A stretch of DNA of 18,614 nucleotides, from the NCBI GenBank assembly GCA_048882385.1, contig JBHLRQ010000062.1:1-18614 (forward strand), read 5' to 3'. How positions within the stretch are numbered: the stretch's first letter is position 1; every line of letters begins with the position of its first letter. The notes under the pieces were generated by a model. That model was not told where the DNA came from. It made no database searches and saw only the letters and a list, made by a program, of their open reading frames with translations. Source of the stretch: Candidatus Thorarchaeota archaeon. GTDB taxonomy: Archaea; Asgardarchaeota; Thorarchaeia; Thorarchaeales; Thorarchaeaceae. The translations under genes and the position numbers were made by a program. Positions 15,202-18,614 of the stretch are shown piece after piece.

Positions 15202-15714
15202 TTGTCAGACATCGAGAAGAAGAAAGAGGCTGCTCGAAAGAGAGCAAAGTCTGTTAGAGACAATGCCCGATGGGCGCGGCGTCATGGTACTTCTCGTCAA
15301 CAAACACCTGGTGTGAAAATCATTGGGAGCCCTCTTCTGGATGGACCTTCCGAAGAAGAAGAATCCGACATTCCTGAGTCATTAGAAAACGTCGTTACAG
15401 AGTATATTCTTGGAAAGGGTGGCATTTTGATTACAGATCAAACTACAATTCCAACTATCCATAACGAAGTCGATAGTAGAGATGTTTCCGAGGTTATCAT
15501 CGCTCGGATTCTAGGTTCTGATGAGAAATGGGGTCTGGAACGCAAATTCTTCTTCCGGGGAAGACAATCTATTCACGCACATCGGCTACAAAATGGAACT
15601 ATAATTGAAGTCGGTCTTCAGAGCTATTCGGGATATGTGAGTCGTACATACTATATTGTCGATGGGAATGAGTTTCGTGCTTTCGCACAGTACAACTTCA
15701 GGAGAACCGACTAG
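15202..15714 (+). CDS. Hypothetical protein: basic N-terminus, acidic linker, beta-rich C-terminal domain
   Basis: 170-aa ORF with TTG start filling the gap; short TAGGA/TCCTA hairpin at the stop. Confidence 0.65.
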   Translation: MSDIEKKKEAARKRAKSVRDNARWARRHGTSRQQTPGVKIIGSPLLDGPSEEEESDIPESLENVVTEYILGKGGILITDQTTIPTIHNEVDSRDVSEVIIARILGSDEKWGLERKFFFRGRQSIHAHRLQNGTIIEVGLQSYSGYVSRTYYIVDGNEFRAFAQYNFRRTD

Positions 15715-15779
15715 GAAATCTCCTAAGCCTTATATCTCAGCAAGTAAAGAACCCACAAAATAGCTATGTGGTTTGTACT

Positions 15780-16244
15780 ATGAAGAAAGTTCTAGTTGTC
15801 TTTGATACGACTTATGGAAATACAGAGAAGATTGGACGAGAAATTGCCGCAGGAATTGACGAATCTGGTTTGGCAGAGTGCAAGGTGATTAATATCGACG
15901 ATGTTGAGTCGGAAGACATCTCTATCTATGATGGTGTGCTCTTTGGTGGTCCAATCCACGCGTTCAGAGCTACCCGGGGAATAAAGAGTGCTGTGAACAA
16001 GGCTGCAAAGAAGGGACTCGATGGAAAACTGGTTTCTTCATTTGATACATATCAAGCTCCAGGACATGTAGGAAGAGCAGCCAAGCAGATTGAGGATGAG
16101 TTGAGGAAGAAGGCTAAAGGTGCCAAGGTCTTCTCGCCTGGTATGACAGCACTCGTCCTTGACCTCAAAGGTCCATTGAAAGACGACGAGCCTGCAAAAG
16201 CTCGTGAGTTCGGTAAACGATTTGCCAATGAACTGGGCGAATAG
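15780..16244 (+). CDS. Flavodoxin-like protein
   Basis: MKKVLVVFDTTYGNTEKIG, YDGVLFGGPIH, SSFDTY; candidate TATA (TTATAT) at 15730-15735. Confidence 0.9.
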   Translation: MKKVLVVFDTTYGNTEKIGREIAAGIDESGLAECKVINIDDVESEDISIYDGVLFGGPIHAFRATRGIKSAVNKAAKKGLDGKLVSSFDTYQAPGHVGRAAKQIEDELRKKAKGAKVFSPGMTALVLDLKGPLKDDEPAKAREFGKRFANELGE

Positions 16245-16302
16245 AGCGTAGACCGCACAATTCATAGAATGCTCTGAACCCCTGTTATATGGTCGAAAAC
16301 AC

Positions 16303-17124
16303 ATGAAGGATCTGGATAGGTACTACGAAGCAAATCGGACCATGTGGGACCAGTTTGCTAAGATCAACGTGGAGTCGAAGTCCTACAGGACAGAAGAATT
16401 CCTCAAGGGTGAAACTGCACTCAACTCCATCGAACTCGAAGAACTCGGTGATGTTCGAGGCAAGAGCCTGTTGCATCTTCAGTGTCACTTCGGCCTTGAT
16501 ACACTCTCTTGGGCTCGCTTGGGTGCTGATGTCACTGGTGTTGATTTTTCCGGGGAAGGGATTTCTATCGCACAGGACCTAGCGAAGAAGGCTGATATCA
16601 ATGCTAAGTTCATTCAATCAAACATATACGACCTACCTGATGTTCTGGATGAAGAATTCGACATTGTCTTCACGTCATATGGTGTACTCGTCTGGCTACA
16701 TGACCTGAAGAGATGGGCTGAGATAGTCAACCACTTTCTGAAACCTGGAGGAACCTTCTACATTGCTGAATTCCACCCACTGATGTGGATCATGGACTGG
16801 GATGACCCTGACGACTTCAAAATCGTTCGTAACTACTTTTCTAGTGGTGACCCCCATGAATTTGATGTAGAGGGGTCGTACGCTGCATCGGAAGCGAAGA
16901 TTGAATCGCAGGTCGATTATGAGTGGGGTCATGGACTTTCAAAGATTATAACCTCAATAGCTGAGGCTAGGCTCAGGATTCAGTTCTATCACGAGTTCAA
17001 TAGGATACCATTCAAGCATTTTCAATTCCTAAAACAGGAAGAGGACGGCTACTGGTACTATGACAATCCTGAGGTGCAACTCCCTCTGGTCTTTTCCATC
17101 AAGGCTACTAAAGACATTAGCTAG
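16303..17124 (+). CDS. Class I SAM-dependent methyltransferase (LHLQCHFG subfamily)
   Basis: LLHLQCHFGLDTLSWARLGADVTGVDFS, FDIVFTSYG, LKPGGTFYIAEFHP. Confidence 0.92.
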   Translation: MKDLDRYYEANRTMWDQFAKINVESKSYRTEEFLKGETALNSIELEELGDVRGKSLLHLQCHFGLDTLSWARLGADVTGVDFSGEGISIAQDLAKKADINAKFIQSNIYDLPDVLDEEFDIVFTSYGVLVWLHDLKRWAEIVNHFLKPGGTFYIAEFHPLMWIMDWDDPDDFKIVRNYFSSGDPHEFDVEGSYAASEAKIESQVDYEWGHGLSKIITSIAEARLRIQFYHEFNRIPFKHFQFLKQEEDGYWYYDNPEVQLPLVFSIKATKDIS

Positions 17125-17564
17125 GACTCACTCTCGTCCACATTGAACAGGTCATCCCATCCAAATACGACTGGCGAGAGTAGCACCCAGCCAATGAGAA
17201 GCCCAACGAGGATGTGGACGAACATAATATTCGCAACAAGGATGTCTACGATTAGCCCTATGGCTACTGCAACAATTCCCAGATATCCTCCTAGCTTTTT
17301 TCTTTTCAAGATGAACCATAGTGCGACCAACGCAATGAATGCACTGACCAGAACTATCGGTCCCCAGAGATACAGTCTCATGGTCCACTGCCTAAAGTGA
17401 TATGTCAAGTAGTACCCAGCCATGTTCAGGAGAAGTGTTTCCTCCTCCAACTGTATCAAGACCCATGCAATGAATGCTCCGAGACCTCCAATAGTATAGA
17501 ATAGGAATTGGGCTGCGACTATCTTTCGATCAGGCCATCTCATGTGAAGGATGAGAGTATGCAA
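17121..17564 (-). CDS. Hypothetical membrane protein (about 4 TM helices)
   Basis: Four hydrophobic segments with a KRKK loop; stop overlaps the convergent methyltransferase stop. Confidence 0.7.
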   Translation of the reverse strand: MHTLILHMRWPDRKIVAAQFLFYTIGGLGAFIAWVLIQLEEETLLLNMAGYYLTYHFRQWTMRLYLWGPIVLVSAFIALVALWFILKRKKLGGYLGIVAVAIGLIVDILVANIMFVHILVGLLIGWVLLSPVVFGWDDLFNVDESES

Positions 17565-17602
17565 TGTATTTACTGTTTCCTAAATCCATTAGTTGTACTA
17601 CT

Positions 17603-17920
17603 CTAGCGCTTCCACTTCAGGTCTTTTACGATGAAGTCTGCAACTGAGCTGAGGAGTCTTCCCAACTTCCTACCTTTGGGAGTGAGAATATGAATAATCT
17701 CCTTTCCATCCTTCTCTATCTCAATCAGCTCATTCTTCAATAGGAACTTACGAGAAGCCGCTACTCTGGCTCCATTGAGAGCTGGTAATGTCTTAGTTTC
17801 GAGACCTTTCTTGATGATTGTGTCAGCTCGTGCTTTTCCTTTAAGCCGTGTGAGAAGAAGTATCACGGTGAGTTCGTATTCACCTCTCAGTAACTTGACG
17901 AAGGGACTGATTTTAGCCAT
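17603..17920 (-). CDS. Small winged-helix DNA-binding protein (HxlR/MarR-like)
   Basis: Very basic; FLLKNELIEIE...HILTPKGRKL wing motif; ATG at 17920 or 17926 after GGAGTGG. Confidence 0.65.
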   Translation of the reverse strand: MAKISPFVKLLRGEYELTVILLLTRLKGKARADTIIKKGLETKTLPALNGARVAASRKFLLKNELIEIEKDGKEIIHILTPKGRKLGRLLSSVADFIVKDLKWKR

Positions 17921-18002
17921 TGACATCCACTCCAATCTAGATGTAGCTCATTCCTTTCGAATAATTATCAATCTTCATGCTATGTCCTAGTAAATCGGTA
18001 GG

Positions 18003-18614
18003 TCATCTTCTGCGAATCAATAGAACTACTACAACTGCAGCAACTACAATCATGGTGGATGGGATCAGAACGAGTAGTAATGAGTCAAACCCTGGACCAT
18101 TTGGAATTGTTGGAGTTGGAGTGGTGGTTGCAGAACTCGAGCTTGATGTAATATTAGACCATTCATTGTTTTCATAGGAATATACCCATGTATCGTCATG
18201 CTGTTCTCCGTCGATTTCCCACCCTCCGAATAGGATTGATACATTGTTTTCTGAATCGAATGCAAGTCCTGTGTTTATTCTACTAGAAGGTGCTTCATCA
18301 GGATACCTTCGTGTCCACGTGTTCAACTGTCCATCATATATCCAAGTATGGTCAACAGCATTGTCTCCAATCTGCCCGCCAAAGAGTATACACTTCTGGT
18401 TCATTGCGTCATATGTCATCGATGGCCATTTCAAAGGGTCTGGACTCCCTGTAGGAGTGAGTTCCGTCCAAATGTTTGCAGTGGTACTAAAGACCCAAGT
18501 GTCGTCTTGATGTCCCTGTGTTGCTGTGTTTCCTGCCGTCATTACTATGAGGTTGATGGACTCATCATAGACCATAACATGCCCGTATCGAGCAAGTGGT
18601 GTGGTTGAAGGAGC
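18003..18614 (-). CDS. C-terminal part of a Kelch-repeat surface protein with Ser/Thr linker and PGF-TM-RRR tail (5'-truncated)
   Basis: Frame is open to the window edge (APSTTPLARYGHVM...); YD...ILFGG...TW.Y...W repeats; SSSSSATTTPTPT-PGF-TM-IRRR. Confidence 0.85.
   Translation of the reverse strand, partial: APSTTPLARYGHVMVYDESINLIVMTAGNTATQGHQDDTWVFSTTANIWTELTPTGSPDPLKWPSMTYDAMNQKCILFGGQIGDNAVDHTWIYDGQLNTWTRRYPDEAPSSRINTGLAFDSENNVSILFGGWEIDGEQHDDTWVYSYENNEWSNITSSSSSATTTPTPTIPNGPGFDSLLLVLIPSTMIVVAAVVVVLLIRRR

Noticed and set aside
1-18614. Mobile element, prophage or defence island
   Set aside because: No transposase, integrase, terminal repeats, nuclease or virion genes recognised; the methyltransferases lack DNA-MTase motifs (DPPY/NPPY/PCQ)

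Overview
Gene-dense archaeal-looking chromosomal window with about 23 long ORFs. GGAGG/AGGTGA ribosome-binding sites, BRE/TATA promoters, a PGF-CTERM-like tail and several N-glycosylation-rich membrane-anchored proteins suggest an archaeon, plausibly Asgard/Thorarchaeia (inference, not demonstrated). Contents: C-terminal part of a large Ig-like-domain protein; an Asp/Glu/hydantoin racemase + M19 dipeptidase operon; a TetR-membrane protein-flavodoxin operon with tandem palindromic operators; a haloalkane dehalogenase; three SAM methyltransferases; a stand-alone Lrp/AsnC effector domain; a MutY-like glycosylase lacking the Fe-S cysteines; an NDT/DUF4406-like protein; three beta-propeller surface proteins; two further HTH proteins; a second flavodoxin. 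No rRNA, tRNA, CRISPR array or mobile element was seen. The most intriguing signal is in the 470-bp gap at 3197-3668, absent from the ORF track: a TATA-like box, a ~100-nt leader with mutually exclusive stems, a hairpin-occluded SD, a 19-aa Lys/Gln-rich micro-ORF (MGKTDKQKKQQKPNQKPKK) and a perfect 9-bp GC hairpin. This looks like a complete, possibly RNA-regulated micro-peptide transcription unit.
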